DNA of 57,890 nt, the filler included, from Sphacelaria rigidula (taxonomy: Eukaryota): assembly GCA_964200075.2 (NCBI GenBank). It is 6 parts of 6 records of this genome, joined end to end, with 100 filler letters (N's around TTAATTAATTAA, not from the genome) between each part and the next. Parts side by side here need not be neighbours in the genome. Positions count along the whole stretch, not along the records: positions 38,663 to 48,226 come from CAXNAA020008205.1; positions 48,327 to 57,890 come from CAXNAA020008206.1; 4 more parts are not named here. One strand, given 5' to 3'. This document shows positions 44,579 to 57,040 of the stretch, piece by piece; the first letter of the stretch is position 1, and every line of letters begins with the position of its first letter. The position numbers were made by a program, and so were the translations under genes. The notes beneath the pieces are model-generated. The model ran no database searches and had not been told where the DNA came from. It saw only the letters and a list, made by a program, of their open reading frames with translations.

Positions 44579-47500
44579 GCCGTATGAGCTCACGGGGAAC
44601 AGAGCGCGGACGACTCGCTACCAACTCCGAGCATCAACCTCCCGACTGGATAGCCTGACCCAGCGCCAGGTGATACCTCCCCCTGTTTACGCGACTACAT
44701 GGGTAAACTCTTGTACAAGACCAATGCCTCTGCACAATACATCTACAACAGCGAGCCACTTTACCTCCGAGTGGTCGACCACCGGACCAGGATGATCATT
44801 TCGTCGGCAATGGCATCGCTACTGACGCGAAAGCAGGGTATTGCTGCATTGACGGAAACGAGGCGCTGGCAGGCCAGAGAGCCCAACCTTACAATACCGC
44901 CAAGACCATCTCAACACAAAAGTACGCGCTCATGGAGAGTAGGCTCCTAGGCACCAAGTTTGGCGTAGCCGCACGATGCCCGCCATGCGGCGCACCGTAC
45001 GTCACCACCGGTCATGCGCGCATCTGTCCCCGAGTGGGACCACAGGTGAACCAAGACCACTGCCACAGAATGGCGACACTCCTCGAGCGGCTGGGAGTGA
45101 CGACGGTTGTAGGGGGAGGTACCTCGTCCACCGCAGATCGAGATTATGGAATGGCCAGTGTCGTCTCAGTCGGAAACGTACGCCACCAACAGCCATTATC
45201 GGGAGTAGGGCCTACTGAATGACGTCACACACAAAGACCCTCAAGTCGGCGCGACACCTCCAACAGGAAAGTCGCGACATCGACAGCACTGCAGCCCGAC
45301 ATCAGAGGCGCGCATTGGTACACTACGCAAGTCAAGGGTGCATGTTTTATTTGATCGTCGTTGCTTCACAGACTATTATAGTCACCTCAGCGATGGAAAC
45401 GCTGTGGGCACCTCGGGAAATGCGGAGAGAAACTGATCGACCAGGTGACTACCGGTGTCATGAGGGTGAAGAGGGAGAGGAGTTGCCGGCAAGGGAGTTC
45501 TTCTACAACGGAAAGATCGAGCGGGTGATCTTGGTGACGACTCCGGTGACCATCTCCAGGAGGTGCAACGCTCTAGCTTGGTACTTCGAGGGAGACAAGA
45601 AGGCTGCTGGAGATAATCGTCTTATCCGACGGACGTGGGGTTGGAGTCTAGCCACAACACAATCAAGCTAGCGATCGCTCTCCCAAGCAACGGACAACGC
45701 ATTCAGTTTTAGTTGGTGAAAACATTGTACACGCACGACGAGCGGCATGCCCAGATGCTGTGAACTGACTGGATTGCGTGCTTGCGTTCATTTATCGTCA
45801 AATCGTATGCTTCTCAGTTGCTGTGCACATACTGCACTGTATCCGCGGCCCATCAAATTCTGCAAATTCATTTCCTGAAATGGATAGCCTGTCAGACCAT
45901 ACCTTTTCGCCAGATTGAGTGTAGGCTATTGATAGGAACGCGTTATTTTTATGTGTTCCATTGATGGATGGAACCCTACACATGTCTGAATGTTAGGTTT
46001 TGATACATGACGCCGATTCAACTAATCACCTGCCCTAGCGGTCAAGGGGTTACAATAATATGAGTGACGTTGCGGAAATCACCAAGGTTTAGAATTAGCT
46101 ATAAAAGTATTGATATGGAACGATGCATGTTGAACGGACATTACAATAACGGGAGTGGCGGGATTACCTATCAGGAAACTCCCCTCATTAATCCAATATT
46201 TTACATTCAGACCCTACCGATATCAACTCGCACTCAAAGGCATGCATTTCAGAAATGCTTTCCTGATTAATACGTGGATGAAAGTGAGTGTAGGGTATTG
46301 ACCCGCTGCAATTCTCAAGAAAAGTATGCCGGTGTTTGTACGGTTTCAGATTATATATACAATGACCAACTCTTGAGAAGAGATTGCCCTATGCCCAGGG
46401 TGCTTCCAATTTCGATTTATTTCGGTGTTTGTGGCGTTGGTCTTGGATTGCTGCGGTGAAACCGGAGTGGTCTCGGCTGGGCCTTTGTTGGACGTGGCTC
46501 TAGAATGAAGGTCTGCCTAACGCACCCAGGGTATGGTGATATGTCGTTGTACGGAAACGTAAAGCTGTAATTAAGCATAAACCGGACGTGTTATCGTCGT
46601 CACCCTACATTTGCAAGGGCCCGCAGCAAGCCGGCGCTGAGACGCGAGGCGAGGCGTTTCCCGGTGAATTCCCGCCAAGTAGTCGCGTGCGAGTTCTAGC
46701 CACGACTATGCCTGTTTTCAAGTACACGGACAGAACTTGCTTCCCGGTATCCACAGACTATAAGTTGCAAACTGCTGTTTCTCGGACGAGCAATACTACG
46801 GTAGGGGTGCACTTTTTTCGCGAAATTTTGTCTAGTTCAGGGGCTCCTAACGATTCTGGGTGCATAAAAATATGGGTCAGGGCATCCCCGTTTGCATATT
46901 CACTCGGGATATCCCCAGCACATTGGAGTTAGTACTTTGTCCGCTTCCCTTTTGCGTTCTACTGACGGCAGTTGTGCGCATGCTGCAAGAACGCGCATCG
47001 TGGTCTATACTGCAGAAGCGGACGGTACATCACAAAGTTACAGGTATCCACTCGGTATAGCCGTACGTAGCCCATACGCCACGCTAACTCTGCAATATAT
47101 TGCACCGTACGTGTTAAAGCACGATATAATACTGTCCTGCACTGTATTGTACAGTCCAGTATACAGCACCAAACCGCGTGCTTATCGTTGTGATCGTCAT
47201 ATCGCCATCAAAGTTCATGAAAAAATGCTTTGGTTTTCAATATTCGTAGACCATAGACTACAGGTTTCTCAGAACCTATATCTAAACAACAGTGAGGTAT
47301 TTCCCCTCAACCCACCATACACCCACCAGCCAAACCTGTACAGCGCGGCCATGTGGATATACACTCGCAATCAGCGTGTGGAATTTGTATACAGCTGATG
47401 CTGTTGAAAAGTTCGATATCTTTGCCCAATTGCAGGATGAATTGGGGGGCAAGAGGATGGAGTTTAAACAACTTCTGCTGCATCTCGAATTTCATCGGCT

Positions 47501-48226
47501 AATCACGGTAGAGTATGTGGGACTTGAACAGCAAAGGCTTCTCGTAAATAAGTTATTTCTTTGCCCAATTACAGGATGAATGGACGGGCAAAAGGAAGGT
47601 TAATTTCGAACAGCTTTTGCTTTACAAATTCCACAAACCAGTGTATTTGGGATTTCTACAGCCTCTGATGTTCGAAACAAATCCTTTCTACCCAACTGAC
47701 TTGCGTCGGGCATAAATAATTCATTTCGAACAGCAGAGGTTGTCCAAATTGCGTTTTCCACATGCGTGCCTTCGAAAACAATCCAGAGGATTTTGACATT
47801 GACACAGACCTTCGAGGGAGACCGCAACCTTAAAAACCCTCTAGAGGATCAAAAATGTCCAACATCCTCGTGAGGGCAGTTGCCCAATATCCTCTAGAGG
47901 GCAGTTTTTAAACGGACGCTAGATAGGGTTTCGTTTTCCAATTTCACAAAGTGAAGTTGGTTTCTGCTGCGGGTAAAAATTCGACGAAGTGGTATTTTGT
48001 GCCGTGGTTCTTGGGTCGTGGTTCTTTCGATATTGTTTTCGCTAGTCTTTTCCAGTCTAAAACCCTTATCGATTTCGGTTTTTCGGGGATAACTTCGTCA
48101 AACGGACATCAAACGCATCCTGTGATGAAGCTCAGAGGCGTTGCAAGATATACTCTGTGCGGGTCTGCTCGTAGACCCTGGATTCCGTGACGCGTTGTTA
48201 TCGCGTTTGCTACTGTCATAAGTTAG

Positions 48227-48326
48227 NNNNNNNNNNNNNNNNNNNNNNNNNNNNNNNNNNNNNNNNNNNNTTAATTAATTAANNNNNNNNNNNNNNNNNN
48301 NNNNNNNNNNNNNNNNNNNNNNNNNN
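48227..48326. other. Artificial contig spacer
   Basis: 44 N + TTAATTAATTAA + 44 N. Confidence 0.99.
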
Positions 48327-51275
48327 AGAGATGGGTTGATCCCTTGAGACCACGGACTCATCCCGAGGAAGAGGAGAGGTTCAAAGTGTGAGGAAAAATA
48401 AAAGTGACCCAATCGTGTGCGTCTTTGACCTCGACACCGTAGAGGAACTATCCACGCTGTGCTTCGCGTTGGAATAGGTTTCCCCGGTAGATGTTGGAGT
48501 CGTTGTCGTATAGTGATGGGCAGTTTCTTCACGTTTGTCTTGGCCAGCGTGACTTCTGTGAGCGCGTTAGGAGAACCGAACTCCTGGATTAGCTTTTATT
48601 ACGATCTCACAAATATCACGAAGCTAAACAGCCAACTGTCCAATCCCGGGATCAGCTTCTATTAAGATATTGTCACACATATCACTGAGCTGAACAGTCA
48701 ACTGTTTAGCTCAATGGTATCTGTGACATCTCAACAAGCGCAAGGCCAAAATCAAAATCCCGTGCTGTGACTGTCATCGAACGGTTTAGCGCCGAGCTTG
48801 AGCCAGCGTGAACGATGCTTTTGCTCACGACCACCGCAAAAACATTCATGAAGTGATGTCCACCACTATCAGGCAGGAGGGTGTTTGATCGGCATTCTGC
48901 TACGTGCTGCAACGCGAGTACAGGTATCGTATTTTCGGGAACATGTCGGACTAGCGATCATGGAAACAGATACACTACTGTCCGAAGGAGAAGTCTCTCC
49001 TGTACTGACGTCCGAGCACAACGATACCGTCGAGCCCTGGTGGCCAAACTGGTGCATTAACGACCAACTTGGGTGCATCGAAAGGGGTTTGGATCCCAAC
49101 GGTAATGTTACCCCTGATTTTCCTCGTCCAAAAGGGTGAGGGCTTGAGTAGCATGCAGTACTTACGTTTCGACGAAGGGCAACGGGCCGCGGAAGTGTCG
49201 GTTCAATGTTTACCCACTTCTAGTAGGGTAAGAACCTGGAGAGGGAAGGGTAGATCTCTTTCGAGCCTACGGTACGGGCTCGTCCTGCTGAAACGGTGAG
49301 TGAATGAAAGCATGACAGACTATTTCAGGAGTGAGCGAGGAAAAATGGTTTCGTTTCATAATCATTTCATGTGCGTGCCATTAAATTGTTCAAAATGTTG
49401 TTTGGAGGGGGGGAAAACTAGGAACAAGACACCACGGTGTGTATCGATATCTAACACAATGATGGATCCCCAACTGGTTTGCTGACAGGACGACGACGAC
49501 GACGACTCGGCAGCTGTTACGACACCGTCTACGGCCATGCACGAGAATGATCACGACATGTTCCGCATTGTGAGTAGCAAGCAGCGCATAAGTTGTCTCT
49601 CTCGCTATGCGCCCGTGTACTTGTGGTCGTGCGGCGTCAGTACGTCATAGTTCAGTGGAGTGAAACAGTAGGAAGGGGAATGCGCGATGTTACCGACGCT
49701 TGCGTTTGAATGAACTGGTTGTGCAACAAGAGCGATTTTTTAGTTGAATATCGAGCACACACACACACATATATATATATATGGACAGGGCAGACCATCT
49801 GCTGAGAGCTCGATTATTGCCCAACAGACTTGCCAGGTGGACTGCAAGTCGCTCGTCAGGTGAATATATGGCCTCCGTACTACTGTTAACAGTGAGCGCT
49901 TACTAGCCCAGAGATCAAATGTCGGCTTCATGAAGAAATATATGCATCATCGAAGATTACCGCCATGAATGCATCAGTTATCTCCCGGGACGCGCCCCCT
50001 CGCAAGCATATCCCTGCAAGGTTCACATGCCGTCACCAACGAATCATGCTCGAAATCCGAACCCCACATCTCTTGTTCCTCACGAAGGCGGCTGATCTCT
50101 CACGTACTGAGGGTCTCCGCTCTAGGAACAGTATGGAAATAATCTGGGATCACCTGGGATCACCCAATGTCTCGCCGAGTAGCCGTTCCCAAAATGAACT
50201 TGATAAGATTGCGTGGTGCTTGTGATACAAGCAATGAAGCAACACTGAGGGAGGTCGCGGAGAAGAGGAAAGGGGGGGCACGGCAGTCTCGCCTTTGATG
50301 CCCGATATATTCGGCCATCCTCCCAAAGGCCTCAGCGGTCATCACATCAGCATACCTCGAACGGTCGACTATATTCCGGGAACCATCCCTGAATGATGCC
50401 ACGCGGTATCACGTCAGTACATCCCCAAACAGCCGAATACAGTCGCAAATATACGTATGCACAAACGCTGCGTGCGTTACACCGTGTTTCACGGGAGGTA
50501 GCCAATCCGCCTGTTTGAGTCCACGCAAGCCGCGATGGTGTTCTTCCTACGACTCTGATAGCAGAGCGTGTGACTGTTGTCGACCAATCTCGGCACTCAA
50601 TACGAAGGGACGGATACTCCGCCCGTACTGTCGACCGTTGGAATTGAATGACAGAGACCCACACTGTGTCCTTCGAAGCGTCGTAGCCTCGAGTCAGACA
50701 TCTGAACCTCTCAACTCTGCCGGGCTCGACACTCATCCCTATCCTCCTGACATCTACCATATTGCAGCAGGGTTTGTCCCTGCACGTGGCTTCAAGTTGT
50801 TTCCCTGAAGTTGGAGACGACAGAAGATGCCGTCAGTCGCTGTACGCGAGACTACTTCGGTCACGCTGATACGCGAGTCAACAAGAGCCACCGCTGTAGT
50901 ATACACCAACATCCATCATAGACGGATGTATGAGTTCTACCAGCCATCGGTAGTGTAATGTTGCACGGTAGAGTACGGGGTTGCATGGAATGTTCTCGAG
51001 TTGCACGACTCTCTGTCCGGCGCACGCCGCGAGTCCACTCGACGTGTGCACATGTTGGGGTATACAGCGCAACATCTGTGAATGACGACACGAGTCAGTT
51101 ATCGAGTTTAAAAACGTGTGAATGCCCCCTACAGTTCGTACCAGGAACTTCGGTGTACCTGCCAATAAAATGACAAAGGGTGCAATAACGACACCTCGAA
51201 ACAACCTTTTGATTGTGCGCACTACCTGATGCTGCCCCTTATTCTTCCGTACTGTGTCTACCGTGTGTCTGGAAG

Positions 51276-51379
51276 GCTACGGCGATTTACGACCAGTTGG
51301 AAGCGCTCCTCCGCACAGCGTCCAAGGGAGACCGGTGGACGTTTGAGCACACCGTCCGCCCCGAGTTTGAGGCAAGATG
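51276..51379 (+). CDS. Candidate penultimate exon of an unknown gene
   Basis: Pyrimidine-rich upstream tract, AAG| acceptor, TG|GTGAGA donor. Encodes ATAIYDQLEALLRTASKGDRWTFEHTVRPEFEAR(W). Confidence 0.4.
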
Positions 51380-52259
51380 GTGAGAGCGCAAGTGGTGAGC
51401 CAAAATACCTACGGGAAATCCTTGCTGATTGGAACGATGGAAACAACGAGACTCTGGTTCGGTCGAAAATATCGCTTGCTCGTAGCCCGTGCTGTTTGCT
51501 CTGTCTTGAGAATGTAGTGTCGACGTAAAACAATTGGTAGTAGGTCGACAGTTACCCGCAGGCCGTGTGCCAACCGGCATTGGTCACATGTTTCAAAATA
51601 CATTCGAAGTTCAGTCGCAGCTAGCACCCATACACCGTAATGCATGAGTAGCGGCTGCGCTATCGTTGTCAGCATTGTGATCACGATCACGCTGTCGGAA
51701 CACCGATCCCCGTCGCTTGCGTGTAGAGGAATCTAGCGCATTGTGCATGTACGACGGCATTGCTGCAGCGATGACGCCGACCACGCTCGCAGAGTCTACC
51801 ACATCAGAGAATGTGGAGCAAACAATGTGAAGAACGTCGTGGATGAAGACGGAGAGATCGGTTGACTACGTGGTGCACTGAATGCCGTACTTCTGGTGGT
51901 GTTTCGAACGATTGAAAGCTGGATAATCCTCCTCGCTCTCTACGACGCACGCCACCAGTACCTCTGCACCTGCTCGAGTTCCCACAAGACATTTGGCAAG
52001 GTCCCACAACCACACAATGTGATCTAATCGGCACGAAATACTTATGCGCGACCATGGAACACATACAGTGTCAAAAAGATTGTTCGTGAACGCTTGGGGA
52101 ACGGTGAAATGTGCAATGACGACAGCCTCTGCAACAAGACAGCGATGCAAAAAATACAACCAAGGACTAATGCACAAATACATTATCAACGTCGACGCCA
52201 ATCTCGCTTGCCCTTCCCACCCTTTGTGTGTACTTATTTTCATCGTGAATACCTTCTAG

Positions 52260-52353
52260 GCGTGACCGGGAGTACCTCGACCACATTACCGAGAACGTCG
52301 AGTCGCACTTCGGCGTCACCATTATCTACCCCCCCGAGGACCATGCGCGCTGA
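52260..52353 (+). CDS. Candidate terminal exon of the same unknown gene
   Basis: Acceptor CCTTCTAG|, phase 2 completing TGG. Encodes RDREYLDHITENVESHFGVTIIYPPEDHAR*. Confidence 0.4.
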
Positions 52354-52591
52354 CGGCTCTCTGACGTCTCAGCGGGGGAATGTATGACAGCGGGCATACC
52401 CGCAAGTCGGTTTTGTGCTTTATTTTTATATACCTCGACCTAAATATCTGTGAGAGTGTCGCCTGGTCGGGGATAAAAAGGGAAACAAAAAACCATGTTA
52501 CAAAGAGCCACCCAGCTGTAAACACATGCCGGTGGTAGGAATAGGGTCACCGGCTAATGAAGGCATTTATTTCTTTTGTGTGGGCGACTCC

Positions 52592-52880
52592 GGCGGTGAA
52601 CTCGGGCTCCGGGGTACCGACAACTTGGAGCTTGATCGTACCTACATACTCGCGCGCAGCGACAGGACCAGACCCCTGTTGGCAGCAACTCCGATGCCAT
52701 CATCAAAAGGTGACTGGATGTTGTCATGTGTAATTTTACATGAATGGCGGCGAGACCGGGCCCCTGGGTACCAGCAACATGGGCCTTGATCTTGCCTACC
52801 TATTCTCATGCAGCAACAGGACCAGACATCTGTTGGTAGCAATTTTGATGTCATCATCAGACGGTGACTGGATGGCACGA
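52592..52880. repeat. Diverged tandem duplication, 154-bp period
   Basis: GGTACC at 52613/52767, ACAGGACCAGAC twice, GGTGACTGGATG at 52709/52863. Confidence 0.75.
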
Positions 52881-55800
52881 AGTATCACATTGGTAACTAT
52901 TCAAGTACGAGGTAAAGGAGACGGTAGGAAAGCCGGGAAGTTGAAGAAGCTAAGATGAGTCTGGGGGACGGGCTTTCCACGCAATCTGTATACAGCACCT
53001 ACGAGAGAACACGGTCCCGCGTCAGCATGTTCTTGCGGCAGTCGTGGCGGAAACCGGGGTACACAGCAGGCATGTCTACTTCAGCTATATGAACGGCGGT
53101 TCACACTTGTGCACTCTGGCGGGATGCAACACCCTGGTAACACGTCCTGTTATCATTCAAGGCAAGATTTACAACAGCAGCCAGAGAAGAGAGCATGGGG
53201 GAGATGGCGCCGCTGCTCCATGAAATTTTCTCGCGGAATCGCGGTCGGCGAAGTGACCAAGGTCTAGGGCATGCACTGTGACCGTCGAGTTGAAGTTAAT
53301 ACGGTTTGAAGATTGGGGCAAACAATCGGGGACGGAAATATCATGTCTCATGTGGGGACGATGGACCGACTTGTGGGTGATACGGAGGGATTTGGCGGAA
53401 GGAAGTACAGTTGACGGCGAAATCTTATGCTGTTGTCACCGAGCCGATCGCCTCGTACATTGGAGAGGCATACACTGGGGAATGAGGGGGGATGAGGGGA
53501 AAGGAAGGAAAAGAAGACGCAGCGGCTCCATGACGGCATATTTTGCTAGTGACATGGTTGTGCAGACTGCACAGTGGTGCAGGTCAAGCAAGCACTGCGT
53601 AATACGTCCATGGGCTTGCAAGTGATGCTGAGGAGAAGCTTCGGTAGCGTTCGGTTCTCCACTGGCGACGCTCTTACGATTCACTGCAGCACACTTTGTA
53701 TAAGGAGATCGACTCGCCAAGGCTCACACTAAGATAAATGGACTATAAACGGGTGTGGACCATTTCGAGGTCGGGATGAAGCGACGCCACGCGTTAGCAT
53801 TGTCGGTGGGAGCTGTTGACACACAATATGCACTTCGTGTATCGTCGAGATCTACCCACCGCCAAGAATGGTGATGCGACTGATACGAGGGTTGAGGAGG
53901 TAAAAAGGAAAGGGAGCACAGGCGCAATTCTTCTCCGCGAGCGAGGCTGACGACGCGGAAAGTGATAGTCTATTCGAAATCTATCCCTTTACAGATTCTG
54001 GGGGGGGCTCTGCTTCTCTTGTGAAAGTGCGGGGGCCGATACAGCTGAGATGACTGACGAACAGCTTAGCCATCCTGTACCAGGACGGGCGGAAACGATA
54101 CACATGTCACTACAGGGGTCGGCTGACGATCGTTGGCGCTACCCCCACACAGTACCACCACAGTTGTCCGACCCCATCTCGTGGCACCTCCATGCCAAGA
54201 CTGCTGCTGACTGAGAGCTCTGACATAGAACATCAGCCAGTCTCGCAGACGCCCACATGCCGTCCAGCAAAGTTGCAACGGATATATGGTATTTGAGCCT
54301 CATGAAGCAGCGCTAAGGGTACGAGTGCTGTTTCGAGACAGCTGTTTTAGCTCTGTCAGTTTTGAAGGATAATGATATCTCCACGAATCGAGATGGGTTT
54401 GTGGTAAGTAGAGATAATGGGTTACACTACGTAGGGCTGTGGAAAAGTCTCACTCCCCACGGTGACCTGTTGTTCTCGGTTGTACGTGTACACCGTTACA
54501 CTGTCACATGAAGGCCGTGCAAAATACAAGGTATGTTTTGCTTTGACGGGGTATTGCTCTATGTTGGATAGCGCATTCATCGCCTTCTATTATACATGGT
54601 TGTTTTAGAGCCACAACTAGATGAACAAGTGGACGAGACATGTTTAGCCATTGTGTTTTATTGAGAGCTTTCGTTTAAAACGTGTCTGAAGTTGCACCTA
54701 TACCTTGACTTTTCAAGGATTTGTTTTCAGAATATGGTCTCGATGTTGCACGCTGTTTTTGATCGTAGAGAGATGAGCTGGGGGTTGTCCCACACTGTGT
54801 TGACCAAGGCGTGAGCGTGGTGACACCACCTCCTTGTTTGAAACCAAGGAGTCCGTCAGTATGCACGTGCTCGTATGGCGTTGTCTGATGACATGGGCAA
54901 ATTGTACGGCCCACCGCACGATCCGTTCTTGATGCCAGGTGTGTATGTAGCCTCGTCTCTGTCAGCGAGAGTTGAAAGAGGAGCACAAGTGTTTTTGTGC
55001 TCATTTGGCGCATGTAATGATTAATGTAAAGTCGTGAAGTTGGCTTTGACTGGGCATTGGACGCTGTGAGCCCAACAGGTGTTGCGTGCGTTTTGCGTTT
55101 GATAGTAGTGTTCTTTTTTGCGCATGAGGTGCTGTAAGGAGTAAGGCGTGTCTCTTACGTTCATCTTGTACTGCGTAGCGTTTTGGTGTAGGCTCGTATC
55201 TGTTTTGATTTTCAAAATCGACTCAAGCGTGTTGACTTCGAAATTGGGCTTCGTGTACACACTTTTTTTCTAGTTTTCATGAGGGTATGAGTGCATGCTT
55301 TTGCGCAAGACCTTCTTCGACCTGAAGCCATGTCGCAGAGACCGGCGATTGATTTTTTTGTCTTTGCTTTATGTTTCTGTTTGTTTTTTGTTCGCCTGTT
55401 CTAGCTGTCTTTTTCTTCGCTTTTCTCCGGCGAGTGTTTCAGTTTTGTTTGTCTTGGGCCCGTCTACCTTGTGCTTAGTGACCACGACTGGATCATGAAT
55501 TGTAGGGGATCAGGTAATGTGCAACAATCGATCAACACGTGATGTGACGCCTACGAGGGTCGGTATTCGTTTTGTGCATGGAGAATCGCGTGACAGTTGT
55601 GAGGGTTTTTTCTTTCGTACATGAGGGATGATTTGAAGGTGTTTGTGGCCGATTGCATCTTTTTCTAGACGAAGAATGACATACAGCTGTTGGTATTGGC
55701 TTCGCCTTGCACATGGGGCGTGAAGTGAAGGGGCGCGGGTCGGTCAAAAGGAGAAATGGGATGATGAGGTTCGCCTCGGTTCTCCCGTCACAAATGAGAG

Positions 55801-56031
55801 CTCGCGCCGATATGATGATGCTTTTGATCTCGAACATCACAGGCGACGTTGGCAAGTGAACTCAAGTTTTGTACATTACGCGTGGCATGAAAGCTTTGCA
55901 CTCTTATCGTATCATGTACATGGCGAACTGGCATCCAGATATAGCCTTTGCCAGTGAGTTTGTACGTGAACGGAATTTTAAGGTGTTGAGTTTCCCTTCG
56001 GCCTTAATCTGGGCGATTGGCATGCTCGAAG

Positions 56032-56040
56032 GTGTGTGTG

Positions 56041-56071
<31 letters not shown>

Positions 56072-56090
56072 TTGTGTTTGTGTGTGTGTG
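56032..56090. repeat. (GT)n microsatellite
   Basis: Imperfect GT dinucleotide run. Confidence 0.95.
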
Positions 56091-57010
56091 CACTATGTCG
56101 AAGATACTACCGAAACGTTCTTCTGCTATGTTGGGTGTTTTTTTGCTCAATTAGGAACCACGTACATGGCGAGGATCGTCTCGTACCATCGTACATCACG
56201 GGCATCACTTGATAGCAACATGTCAAAACGCAGGATAGATGCCGCGAGCTCATCCCGACCGTTAGGAGATGGGATGGAGCCAGTATTGTACCACATTCAC
56301 CTGGGCGTACGCTAGGTAATCATGAGGTATTGTTGAAATCGATGAGCCGAGCAGTCCATACCCGCTCGGGTGATGATATCTGATGGCGCGGGTATCGTGT
56401 TAGGCACGTCGCACAACAAGCTGTTGATGGCAGTTAGTATCTTCGATATTTGAACGGAGTAAATGATTTTGACAAGAGAGCGTTTTGGGATCAGGTTTTG
56501 TACATCAAGATTGGCGCGAAGGCTTAGAGTCGACTTAAAATTTTGTGCGAGACGTTGTTTGGCCTGACAGGTGCTGGCCTACACTTTTAGGTCTTGTCGA
56601 TGAACAGCGGCGTTGGAAGGCGTTTCATGTTACCTTGACGCTGTAGAGCGCGGGTAGCAATTTTGATTTAAAACTTGTCCATGGTCAGTCTCGACGAGTG
56701 ATTCGAACGTATACGCTTTGCATTTCGTTCACATAGTTGACTCGTTGCGCGACCGTATGCGCGCAGGTTCGGCTTTGGTTCTGCGTATCGGGAATCGCCC
56801 AGGAGCTATTTTCAGATTTGGCTTTGTACATGAGGAGTGTCGCTAAGGCGCGGACGTTGGTTTGCATACTGTACACGAAGATTGACCTACGAACGTCGGC
56901 ATTGCGTTTGCTTTCCAGTACGGGGTGCAATGTTGAGTGGAAGGGGGCTTCTGCTTGCGAAGAAGTACATGAGCGGGACGTGAGTGCTGCTTTTGCTTTC
57001 GGCTTTGCAA

Positions 57011-57040
57011 AGGGTTAGTCAGGGTTAGTCAGGGTTAGTC
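57011..57040. repeat. (AGGGTTAGTC)3 telomere-like decamer
   Basis: Three exact 10-bp units containing GGGTTAG. Confidence 0.85.

Larger units (their letters stand above)
42600..45600 (+). mobile_element. Decayed CRE-like (RLE-encoding) non-LTR retrotransposon, interrupted by two insertions
   Basis: ALEAVTVRMPGLTPF, FCLPLGPIM, RARLDDL (YLDD position), VIGTPIGSDEFV, QAAMPTGSRGLGL, CPPCG...HARIC knuckle, then DVT and AMETL RLE-like remnants. Confidence 0.75.

Noticed and set aside
48516..48665. MGSFFTFVLASVTSVSALG as a signal peptide
   Set aside because: Short, weak hydrophobic core, runs into a repeat, and no supporting donor; insufficient evidence.
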